IMG/VR virus record: IMGVR_UViG_3300025513_000019
Span: 1-40,427 of that record
DNA from: a virus
Lineage: Duplodnaviria > Caudoviricetes
DNA length: 40,427 bases
Strand: one strand, 5' to 3'
Shown here: positions 7,465-14,909 of the stretch, piece by piece
How positions within the stretch are numbered: position 1 is the first letter of the stretch
How the letters are laid out: each line of letters opens with the position of its first letter
The notes under the pieces: model-generated
The model's input: the letters and a program-made list of their open reading frames with translations, nothing else
The model's database searches: none
What the model was told of the DNA's origin: nothing
Program-made: the position numbers and the translations under genes

Positions 7465-8682
7465 ATGAGCGATGATATTACATGGGCTCCGTTAGTCCCT
7501 TTAATTGGCGGATCACCATTAGGAGCAGAGCGAGCTTTTGGAAAACCTCCTGAAGCAATATATTCATACGATGGATTTCAATCAAATGATAGTCATTATG
7601 TGAATTATCAAAATAACATTAAAAACCGAGGATTAGATTATCGCCTTTTAGACAATGGCCCGCCTATACATAAAGTTGATGTCGTGTCTGGTACTCCACC
7701 TTGCGCGGCTTTATCACAATTAAATACAGGAAAGACTGCAGAATCAAAAGGTGCTGGTTGTCAAAAAAATGAATGGATGTATAAGGTATTTGAAGACGGT
7801 ATTGATTTGTTTGAAGCAAAAGCTGTAGTCGTTGAAAACGCCCCTGCACTTTTTACAAACAAAGGCCGTGATGTTGCTAACAATTTGTTTGACATTTGTA
7901 CTAAAAGAGGTTATAGTTTAACTCTATACAAAACTTCAACCAAATATCACGGTATACCACAAGCACGCGATCGTACCTTTGCTATTGGTTGGAAATCTGA
8001 AAAGGCGCCTATTATGTCTTGGTTTAAACGAGACCGTAAAAACTTTAAAGATTATTTAGCCGCAGTAAACGAAAAAGCATTACACCAGGATTTGGTTGTT
8101 AGCAAAAAACTTGACGAAGAACCATACTTCCAATTCCTTAAATCAAAAACAAATGAAAATCCAAGAGATATTTTAATTCGTAATAAAAATATTACAGCAT
8201 TTGCTTATATTCAAAGAAATGGGTTACTTGAAGAAGCAAATGAATGGTTTCACAAAGTTGGCAACGCACGTGGAATACATGTATCTTCGCACGCAATTAA
8301 AAAGTTTGCGGCAGGCAAAGGTATATGGGATAGCTCAACTCACGTGTTTGACGAATGCATGAATGCTGTAATCGGAAGGAACCTTGCAGATACAATTCAT
8401 CCAATTCACGACCGTTCTTTAACTATACGTGAAGCCTTATATCTAATGGGATTCCCAGACGATTTTGAACTCGTTGGTGGCCTTGCTAAAATGAATCATA
8501 TTGCACAAAATGTTCCAGTTCCTACATCATGCGATATTCATACTGAAATTGGTAAGTTTATTCGTGGCGAGTTGGATATGTCTGAAACGAACTATTTACG
8601 CCAAAATAATCACATCGAGAAAACGGAAAATGATCCGCTCGGTACATCAGACCAAGTTACATTAGAGGAATTTTTTGCATGA
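7465..8682 (+). CDS. Divergent C5-cytosine DNA methyltransferase-like protein
   Basis: SGTPPCAALS (IV), VVENAP (VI), HGIPQARDRTF (VIII), RSLTIREALYLMGFPDDF (IX), IAQNVP (X). Motif I is atypical (PLVPLIGG). Confidence 0.85.
   Translation: MSDDITWAPLVPLIGGSPLGAERAFGKPPEAIYSYDGFQSNDSHYVNYQNNIKNRGLDYRLLDNGPPIHKVDVVSGTPPCAALSQLNTGKTAESKGAGCQKNEWMYKVFEDGIDLFEAKAVVVENAPALFTNKGRDVANNLFDICTKRGYSLTLYKTSTKYHGIPQARDRTFAIGWKSEKAPIMSWFKRDRKNFKDYLAAVNEKALHQDLVVSKKLDEEPYFQFLKSKTNENPRDILIRNKNITAFAYIQRNGLLEEANEWFHKVGNARGIHVSSHAIKKFAAGKGIWDSSTHVFDECMNAVIGRNLADTIHPIHDRSLTIREALYLMGFPDDFELVGGLAKMNHIAQNVPVPTSCDIHTEIGKFIRGELDMSETNYLRQNNHIEKTENDPLGTSDQVTLEEFFA
7889..7917 (+). promoter_or_regulatory. Possible internal sigma70 promoter
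   Basis: TTGACA at 7889-7894, 17-nt spacer, TATAGT at 7912-7917. Confidence 0.5.
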
Positions 8683-9305
8683 GTAACCATTTTATTATTG
8701 ACTTCGAAACAATGGGTAAAGATGCGTCAAAATGTGCTATCGTAGATTGCTCTGTTATGGTGTTTAACTTTGATCGTTTTTCTTCAAATCCATATACCTT
8801 AAATAGTGTAAAAGAAACAAAAAAGTTTAAACTTTCGGTGGCAGACCAAGTTAAAAACTATGGGTGGGAAATTGATAAAAGCACGTTACAATTTTGGGAA
8901 GAGCAAGATGCAGATGTACGTGCAAATGTTTCACCGAAAAAATCAGATCTAACTGTAAAGGAATTTGTAAAAGGTTTTCACGAATTTTTAATTGAGTCTC
9001 CTAAAATCGATTTTTGGTGGAGTCGTTCAAATACATTTGATCCTATCATTCTTTCTCGAGCTTTTGAAGCTGAAGGCAAACTCTTACATCTCGAAGAATA
9101 CCTTAAATATTGGAGAGTACGAGATACACGTACTTATATTGATGCAAAACTAAACTTTCCAAAACAAAACGGGTTTATTCCAATGACCGATGAAAATACT
9201 TGGAATAAAAACTTTAAAAAACATGATAGTGCGTGGGATATTCTTGCTGATGTACTTAGATTTCAACAAATACATCGTGCAGAAAACGATTTAGATTTAC
9301 TTTAA
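8679..9305 (+). CDS. dexA: DEDDh 3'-5' exonuclease, T4 DexA-like
   Basis: FIIDFETMG, WSRSNTFD..IL, W..RDTRT, HDSAWD match the DexA layout. Confidence 0.85.
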   Translation: MSNHFIIDFETMGKDASKCAIVDCSVMVFNFDRFSSNPYTLNSVKETKKFKLSVADQVKNYGWEIDKSTLQFWEEQDADVRANVSPKKSDLTVKEFVKGFHEFLIESPKIDFWWSRSNTFDPIILSRAFEAEGKLLHLEEYLKYWRVRDTRTYIDAKLNFPKQNGFIPMTDENTWNKNFKKHDSAWDILADVLRFQQIHRAENDLDLL

Positions 9306-9315
9306 GGAATACATT

Positions 9316-10200
9316 ATGGATATTCAAATTACAACAGAACACTTACAGAAATATAAATTATTTGTTGGGGCCCCAATGTATGGCGGTCAGTGCGCAGGGT
9401 CGTTCTGCAAATCAACCAACGATCTTTCATCAATGTGTGCAAAATATGGAATTGAGCTTAAGTTTTATTATTTGTTTAATGAAAGCTTGGTTCAGCGCGC
9501 AAGAAATTATGTAGCAGATGAATTTCTTCGCTCGGACTGTACTCACCTAATGTTTATTGATTCGGATATTGGATTTAAGGCTAATGACGTATTAACGTTA
9601 CTAGGAATTCAAACACTACATCCAGAAACCTATGACATTATGACAGGACCATATCCTAAAAAGACTATTGCGTGGGAAAAAATTAAGACTGCAGTTGAGT
9701 TGGGAAAGGCTGATGAAAATCCGTTTGACCTTGACTATTATGCTGGTGATTATGTTTTTAATATGGCGGAAGGTGTAAAATCATTTAAAATAAACGAACC
9801 TGTTGAAGTAAGCGAAGCAGGAACAGGATTTATGTTAATACCACGCGAAGTGTTAGAAAAATATTCTGAAGCGTATCCAGAACTTAAATATATCCCAGAT
9901 CATATAAGAACAAAAAACTTTGATGGCACCCACGAAATTACAGCTTTTTTCGATTGTGAAATTGATCCAGATTCAAAAAGATACTTATCAGAAGATTATT
10001 TCTTTTGCAGAAATTCTACAAAAATAGGGATTAAAGTTCATATGTGTCCATGGATGGAATTGCAGCATGTAGGAAGTTACATATTTAAAGGATCTTTAGG
10101 TGCTGTGAGTACATTAGGTATGTCTCCAACAGCTTCAAAGAATTCAAACCCCAAAAATTATAAAAACAAGAAAAAAACAAAAAGGTCTTTTAGACCATAA
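9316..10200 (+). CDS. GT-A fold glycosyltransferase-like protein
   Basis: PMYGG, NESLVQRARN, THLMFIDSDIGF (DxD), AGTGFMLI.R, YLSEDYFFC, L.HVG. Confidence 0.8.
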   Translation: MDIQITTEHLQKYKLFVGAPMYGGQCAGSFCKSTNDLSSMCAKYGIELKFYYLFNESLVQRARNYVADEFLRSDCTHLMFIDSDIGFKANDVLTLLGIQTLHPETYDIMTGPYPKKTIAWEKIKTAVELGKADENPFDLDYYAGDYVFNMAEGVKSFKINEPVEVSEAGTGFMLIPREVLEKYSEAYPELKYIPDHIRTKNFDGTHEITAFFDCEIDPDSKRYLSEDYFFCRNSTKIGIKVHMCPWMELQHVGSYIFKGSLGAVSTLGMSPTASKNSNPKNYKNKKKTKRSFRP

Positions 10201-10206
10201 AAGTGA

Positions 10207-10235
10207 TTGACATTTTGAAACTATTATGTTATAAT
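10207..10235 (+). promoter_or_regulatory. Consensus sigma70 promoter for the gp45 operon
   Basis: TTGACA at 10207-10212, TG at 10227-10228, TATAAT at 10230-10235; intergenic. Confidence 0.88.
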
Positions 10236-10266
10236 TATATTAATGACAACCAGGAGAAACTATATA

Positions 10267-10935
10267 ATGAAACTATCTGACCGTACTCTAACTATTCTCA
10301 AAAGCTTTGCGGCAATCAACAAATCAATTATTATGAAGCAGGGTAATATACTAAAAACTGTAACACCAGAAAAAACTCTAATTGCAATTGCTAATATTGC
10401 AGATGACATTCCATCTCAAGCTGTTGTTTATGATCTTTCAAGATTCCTTTCAATCCTAAGCCTTCACCAAGATCCGGATATTCAATTCCACGATAAATTT
10501 TTTACTATCTCTGAAGGAAATAAGAAAAAAACAAAATATATTTACGCAGACCCGTCTATGGTTATTGCCCCACCAGAAAAAGAATTGTCTATTCCATCCG
10601 AGGATGTAAAAGTAAACGTTGTATGGGATGATTTTCAATCTGTATTGAAAGCAGCTGGCGTTTTGCAGTTTGAGGAAATTGCGTTTGTTGGCGAAGATGG
10701 CAAATGTTTCCTCCGAGCAATTGATAGTAAAAATCCAACAGCTGACGCGTATGGTATTGAAATTGGTACAACAAATGATACGTTTACTATTATTATTAAA
10801 ACCGACAATCTTAAATTGCTCCCCCAGGACTATGAAGTAGTTCTATGTGCTAAAGGTATTTCGTATTTTAAAGGATCTGATGTATCTTATTATGTTGGTA
10901 TTGACACAAAATCAAAATATGAAAAGGGCCAATAA
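10267..10935 (+). CDS. gp45: DNA polymerase sliding clamp
   Basis: MKLSDRTLTILKSFAAINKSI, YDL..FL, Y.YADPS; AGGAG RBS; precedes gp44 and gp62. Confidence 0.93.
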   Translation: MKLSDRTLTILKSFAAINKSIIMKQGNILKTVTPEKTLIAIANIADDIPSQAVVYDLSRFLSILSLHQDPDIQFHDKFFTISEGNKKKTKYIYADPSMVIAPPEKELSIPSEDVKVNVVWDDFQSVLKAAGVLQFEEIAFVGEDGKCFLRAIDSKNPTADAYGIEIGTTNDTFTIIIKTDNLKLLPQDYEVVLCAKGISYFKGSDVSYYVGIDTKSKYEKGQ

Positions 10936-11120
10936 TGTTAGACACCGTTAAAATTACACCACAAGACATTGGTAATGCTGTTGCTATTATTGATATTTGC
11001 GTAAAACGAGGGGCTATTGAAGGTAGTGAATTATCAGCGGTTGGTAAAATTCGAGATAAGTTGGACTCTTACGTAAAACAAGAAGCTAACAATGTTTCAG
11101 ACGACAATAAAGCAGAATAA
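10935..11120 (+). CDS. Small hypothetical protein
   Basis: 61-aa ORF coupled to the gp45 stop codon; IID...RGA..G.E...VG..R pattern. Confidence 0.7.
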   Translation: MLDTVKITPQDIGNAVAIIDICVKRGAIEGSELSAVGKIRDKLDSYVKQEANNVSDDNKAE

Positions 11121-11156
11121 ACTATATACAAACTTATGAAAGTAGTATATTATATA

Positions 11157-11190
11157 AATCAAGGCTGTTCTTAATTGGATAGCCTTGATT
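11157..11190 (+). promoter_or_regulatory. Stem-loop in the gp44 leader
   Basis: AATCAAGGCTGTTC-ttaatt-GGATAGCCTTGATT forms a 14-bp stem with two G-U pairs and no U-tract. Confidence 0.6.
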
Positions 11191-11222
11191 CTACATTATG
11201 AAACTCTTTGAGGTTATTGCTT

Positions 11223-12176
11223 ATGACACTAAATAAAAAAAATGATGAAGTACTTTGGGTCGAAGCATATCGCCCAGGTACTATTGAAGAAACAATTCTT
11301 CCGCAAAAAACAAAAGACATCTTTAAAAAGTTTGTTGCTGATGATAGCATGCCAAACCTGTTACTTACTGGTGGTCCGGGCATGGGTAAAACAACTGTTG
11401 CGAAAGCAATGCTCAATGAATTGGGATGTGACTATATTGTAAAGAACGGATCATTGAATGTAAACATTGATACTCTTCGTTATGAAATTTCAACCTTTGC
11501 TTCATCTGTATCCTTCACAGGTGGTCGTAAATATGTTATTCTCGATGAAGCTGATTATCTAAACGCCACAACTGTTCAGCCCGCACTTCGTAACTTTATT
11601 GAAGAATATTCTAAAAACTGTGGATTTATTTTTACATGCAATTTCAAAAATCGTATTATTGAACCACTTCGTTCTCGTCTTTCTGAAATAGATTTTTCGA
11701 TTGAAAAAACCGATAGACCTAAAATGGCTGCTCATTTTTTTAAGCGCGTTCTTGCTATTTTACAACAAGAAAACATTGACCACGATAAAGCAGTTGTTGC
11801 AAAGGTAATTGAAAAACATTTTCCAGATTTTCGACGTGTACTTACTGAGCTACAAACATATGCTGCGTCAGGTCGTATTGATGAAGGTATTTTTACAAAC
11901 CTAAAAGAAGAATCAATCGAACAGCTTTTTAAAATGTTAAAGGAAAAGAACTTTACTGAAATGCGTAAGTGGTGTGCGGATAATAGTGATCAAGATACTA
12001 ACGAAATGTTTCGCCACATATACGATACTGCAACAAGCAAAGTTGAACTTAAAAGTCTACCAGGATTTATTGTAACACTTGCAGACTATATGTATAAAGC
12101 TCATTTTGTTGCAGACGTGGAAATTAATTTAATTGCGTTTTTAACAGAAGTAATGTTCGAAAGTAGCTTTAAGTGA
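11223..12176 (+). CDS. gp44: Clamp loader large subunit (AAA+)
   Basis: LWVEAYRP, GGPGMGKTT (Walker A), ILDEAD (Walker B), PLRSR, FPDFRR. Confidence 0.95.
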   Translation: MTLNKKNDEVLWVEAYRPGTIEETILPQKTKDIFKKFVADDSMPNLLLTGGPGMGKTTVAKAMLNELGCDYIVKNGSLNVNIDTLRYEISTFASSVSFTGGRKYVILDEADYLNATTVQPALRNFIEEYSKNCGFIFTCNFKNRIIEPLRSRLSEIDFSIEKTDRPKMAAHFFKRVLAILQQENIDHDKAVVAKVIEKHFPDFRRVLTELQTYAASGRIDEGIFTNLKEESIEQLFKMLKEKNFTEMRKWCADNSDQDTNEMFRHIYDTATSKVELKSLPGFIVTLADYMYKAHFVADVEINLIAFLTEVMFESSFK

Positions 12177-12370
12177 AATTTTTAAAAAAGAAAGTAAAAG
12201 AATGTTTTTTCTGTAAGGTAAGCTTATCAGCAGGTAATTCTTTTACTCTCCAATATTCATCGGCCGATGGTGTACACACTGCAACTATGTGTGGTGAATG
12301 TTCAAAAACTTTTGACGAACTCGCAGATTTAAAGGATAAGGCGTATGGCCAAGGATTTGACTCCATTTGA
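12173..12370 (+). CDS. Small zinc-ribbon protein (CxxC...CxxC)
   Basis: CFFC and CGEC; the GTG start overlaps the gp44 stop and the 3' end overlaps gp62. Confidence 0.6.
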   Translation: MKFLKKKVKECFFCKVSLSAGNSFTLQYSSADGVHTATMCGECSKTFDELADLKDKAYGQGFDSI

Positions 12371-12746
12371 TTTTATTAAATCAGTCTCACACAATAAGAA
12401 GGATTTAATTCTAGATTCTGACTACCCGCAACAAACTGAAAAGCAATATAACGCGTTTATCGTTAATCGCGGATTTTCATATTTTGAAGATACTATTCTT
12501 CATGCAAACGAATTGAATATGCGCCATCATTTATTTGAAGATGCACAATATAGATATTATCTAGGGATGCTACGCCCTCGCAATCGCTTTTCCAAATGGC
12601 ATAAAGCCGAAAAGAATAACGATTTAGACGCGATACAAGAAGTATATTCAGTGAATAGAACAGTCGCAAAAATGTATCTTAAAACTTTAACTGAAGAAGA
12701 TTTAAAAACAATCCATGCCAAATTAGAGAAAGGCGGAGAATTATAA
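12345..12746 (+). CDS. gp62: Clamp loader small subunit
   Basis: PFDFIKS, YNAFIVNRGFS..DTIL.ANE.N, RFSKW.K; lies between gp44 and regA. Confidence 0.92.
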   Translation: MAKDLTPFDFIKSVSHNKKDLILDSDYPQQTEKQYNAFIVNRGFSYFEDTILHANELNMRHHLFEDAQYRYYLGMLRPRNRFSKWHKAEKNNDLDAIQEVYSVNRTVAKMYLKTLTEEDLKTIHAKLEKGGEL

Positions 12747-12749
12747 ATA
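12742..12749 (+). promoter_or_regulatory. T4-type late promoter TATAAATA
   Basis: Exact match about 60 nt upstream of regA. Confidence 0.55.
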
Positions 12750-12809
12750 TTCAGATGGTCTAAATGAGCATTGTCACAATAATAATAAAAAAATAAAGGT
12801 GAACTCATT

Positions 12810-13214
12810 ATGGAAAGAGATTTGTTTAGAGGAGTTGGCGTAGAATTAAAACTACCAAGCCCCGATAATTTTCTTAAGATAAAAGAAACTTTGACTCGTA
12901 TCGGAATAGCGTCAAAAAAAGAAAAAAAGCTGTATCAGTCTTGTCACATATTACACAAGCAAGGTTTATACGCGATCGTACATTTTAAAGAACTCTTTAT
13001 TTTGGACGGTAAAGAAAATTCATTTGCGGAAGAAGATCGCGCAAGAAGAAATACTATTATTAATTTGTTAGAAGAATGGGGCCTTCTTGAAATTGTCGAT
13101 CCTGCTAAATCAGAAGATCCAATTGCCCCTTTAAGTCAAATTAAAATACTATCACATAAAGAAAAAGGTTCTTGGGAATTAGAACCAAAATACAATATCG
13201 GTAAAAAGAAATAA
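12810..13214 (+). CDS. regA: Translational repressor RegA
   Basis: FLKIKETLTRIGIAS, LYQSCHILHKQG.Y.IVHFKELF.LDG, RRNTI..LL.EWGL. Confidence 0.96.
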   Translation: MERDLFRGVGVELKLPSPDNFLKIKETLTRIGIASKKEKKLYQSCHILHKQGLYAIVHFKELFILDGKENSFAEEDRARRNTIINLLEEWGLLEIVDPAKSEDPIAPLSQIKILSHKEKGSWELEPKYNIGKKK

Positions 13215-13230
13215 TCTGGAGTATTATATA

Positions 13231-13716
13231 ATGAAAGTTTTTCGAGCAAATGAAAATGCGATACGCCCAACGTTTGATAGACATGAAGATGCGGTTTTTA
13301 ATTTAAAAGCATGTTTTGAACCAAACAGTAAAGTACGTTTAATTAATCCTTTAAACAAAAAAACCTTTACACCAACAAAAATATACAATGGAAAAACATG
13401 CGTTCAAGTATATCCACAACAAAGAATTCTAATACCAACCGGCCTAACGTTTGATGTTCCGTTGGATTGTGTATTAAAATTATATTCGGATCCTGGCATA
13501 TCAAATGAAAAAGGTTTGGTACTTTCAAACGGTGTTGAATTAATTAGATCTGGATTAAATGAAGAATTACATGTAATGATTACAAATATTACAGACGGTG
13601 TTTCTGTTATTGAAACTGGTGGAAACATTGCTCTTGGTCAGCTCGAGAAAATGCTAGCATATTCGATTTCAGAAATTACAAAATTACCATCCGATGACGT
13701 GGCAGAGGATGCGTAA
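13231..13716 (+). CDS. Degenerate trimeric dUTPase-like protein
   Basis: Scaffold is recognisable (A..P, RILIPTGL.F.VP, GL.L.N, I..G.NIA.G) but the catalytic motifs are altered or missing. Confidence 0.7.
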   Translation: MKVFRANENAIRPTFDRHEDAVFNLKACFEPNSKVRLINPLNKKTFTPTKIYNGKTCVQVYPQQRILIPTGLTFDVPLDCVLKLYSDPGISNEKGLVLSNGVELIRSGLNEELHVMITNITDGVSVIETGGNIALGQLEKMLAYSISEITKLPSDDVAEDA

Positions 13717-13744
13717 ATATTTTAAAAAATCCACGTAAATTATA

Positions 13745-13773
13745 TTGACATTCTATACAGAATCAGATATATT
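13745..13773 (+). promoter_or_regulatory. Sigma70-type early promoter TTGACA-N17-TATATT
   Basis: 13743-13778 is 34/36 identical to 631-666. Confidence 0.8.
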
Positions 13774-13853
13774 AATATCAAGAGCGCAGTCTGGCCTGGT
13801 TATGCCCTTGAAACTTTACAGTACTAAAACACAACACACACAGGAGAACTAAA

Positions 13854-14066
13854 ATGAATAACGAATTTATGGCGAACATGTTTATTGATACAATCCAGAA
13901 TTCAAAAACTGAGTTTGTAAAAACCTGGTTCAAGGATGATAACACATCTAAACCACTTAACGATTTCATCAAATTGCAAACTGAATTTACTAAAGAAGCA
14001 ATGAAAACTGTTTTTGCTTTTCAATCCGCTACTGGTGAAAACTTGGCAAAAGGTGACAAGCAATGA
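13854..14066 (+). CDS. Small helical hypothetical protein (possibly phasin-like)
   Basis: 70-aa ORF with AGGAG RBS; amphipathic pattern. The phasin resemblance is weak. Confidence 0.7.
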   Translation: MNNEFMANMFIDTIQNSKTEFVKTWFKDDNTSKPLNDFIKLQTEFTKEAMKTVFAFQSATGENLAKGDKQ

Positions 14067-14281
14067 ATAAGAACCCTTTTGAAATCCGTGCAGAAATGCT
14101 TCAACTCGCAAAAGAGTACATGGATCAACAGTATCATATGAATATACAGTTCGCAGAGAACATGATGAATCAAGGCAAGAAAACCGTAGAAGACGTTAAA
14201 GAAACATATAAAATGTATTCTATGGACGATCTTATGGAAAAAGCCAAAGAAATGTATTCTTTTGTTTCTAAAAAAGATTAA
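14063..14281 (+). CDS. Conserved small hypothetical protein
   Basis: NPFEIR.EML.LAK...A.E.Y.FV pattern, recalled from T4-like environmental phages; ATGA overlap. Confidence 0.75.
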   Translation: MNKNPFEIRAEMLQLAKEYMDQQYHMNIQFAENMMNQGKKTVEDVKETYKMYSMDDLMEKAKEMYSFVSKKD

Positions 14282-14308
14282 TTTTCTAAAATAATTTTTA
14301 TTTAGCTA

Positions 14309-14342
14309 TTGACATTTTAAATAAAAGTATTATATATAAATA
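14309..14342 (+). promoter_or_regulatory. hsp20 promoter region: TTGACA plus AT-rich -10 overlapping a late TATAAATA
   Basis: TTGACA at 14309-14314; TATAAATA at 14335-14342. Confidence 0.65.
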
Positions 14343-14343
14343 T

Positions 14344-14435
14344 AAGTGGAGGCGCCATTTGGGTCTCCACTTTTTTAATAGCCGGTCAAATGACGGTAAA
14401 TTTACATACTCGCTTAAATAAGGAGAACAAGCATG
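14344..14435 (+). promoter_or_regulatory. ROSE-like RNA thermometer in the hsp20 5' UTR
   Basis: Three hairpins. In the last, CTC-G-CTT (14409-14415, containing UCGCU) pairs with the SD AAGGAG (14420-14425) leaving a bulged G. Confidence 0.65.
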
Positions 14436-14879
14436 AACACTCGTACGTTCAACACAGATCTATTAAACGACCCATTTTTTATTGGTTTTGATTCAATTCT
14501 TAATAAATTAAATCATTCTAGTCAAACTAATATATCAAATTATCCACCATACAATTTAATTAAAACAGGTGACGACACCTTTCTCATTGAACTAGCAGTT
14601 GCTGGGTTTGACGAGGAAGATTTTGATATTGAATTGCACGATGGTATTCTAACAATTAAAGCAGACGTTGGCGAAATAGAATCTTCGACCAATTACTTAC
14701 ACAAAGGTATCGCAGCGAGAAACTTTGTTCGTAAGTTCACTCTTGTTAATACGATCGAAGTGACAGGTGTATCTTTGCGCCAAGGAATGTTAACCGTGCA
14801 GTTGCATAATGTAATTCCTGAAGAAAGAAAACCAAAAAAGATACCTATTTCAAAAGGTCCAGAACTTCTTACAGAATAA
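14433..14879 (+). CDS. hsp20: Small heat shock protein (Hsp20/IbpA-like)
   Basis: FFIGFD, NYPPYNL, IELAVAGF, YLHKGIAARNF.R.F.L, GML...L...IPEE.KP..I.I. Confidence 0.95.
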   Translation: MNTRTFNTDLLNDPFFIGFDSILNKLNHSSQTNISNYPPYNLIKTGDDTFLIELAVAGFDEEDFDIELHDGILTIKADVGEIESSTNYLHKGIAARNFVRKFTLVNTIEVTGVSLRQGMLTVQLHNVIPEERKPKKIPISKGPELLTE

Positions 14880-14882
14880 TAG

Positions 14883-14909
14883 AAAAGGGGAGCTTATTGC
14901 TCCCTTTTT
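14883..14909. terminator. Bidirectional intrinsic terminator
   Basis: AAAAGGGGAGC-ttatt-GCTCCCTTTTT between convergent genes. Confidence 0.85.

Noticed and set aside
10901-10930. TTGACA near the end of gp45
   Set aside because: No -10 hexamer at 16-18 nt spacing.
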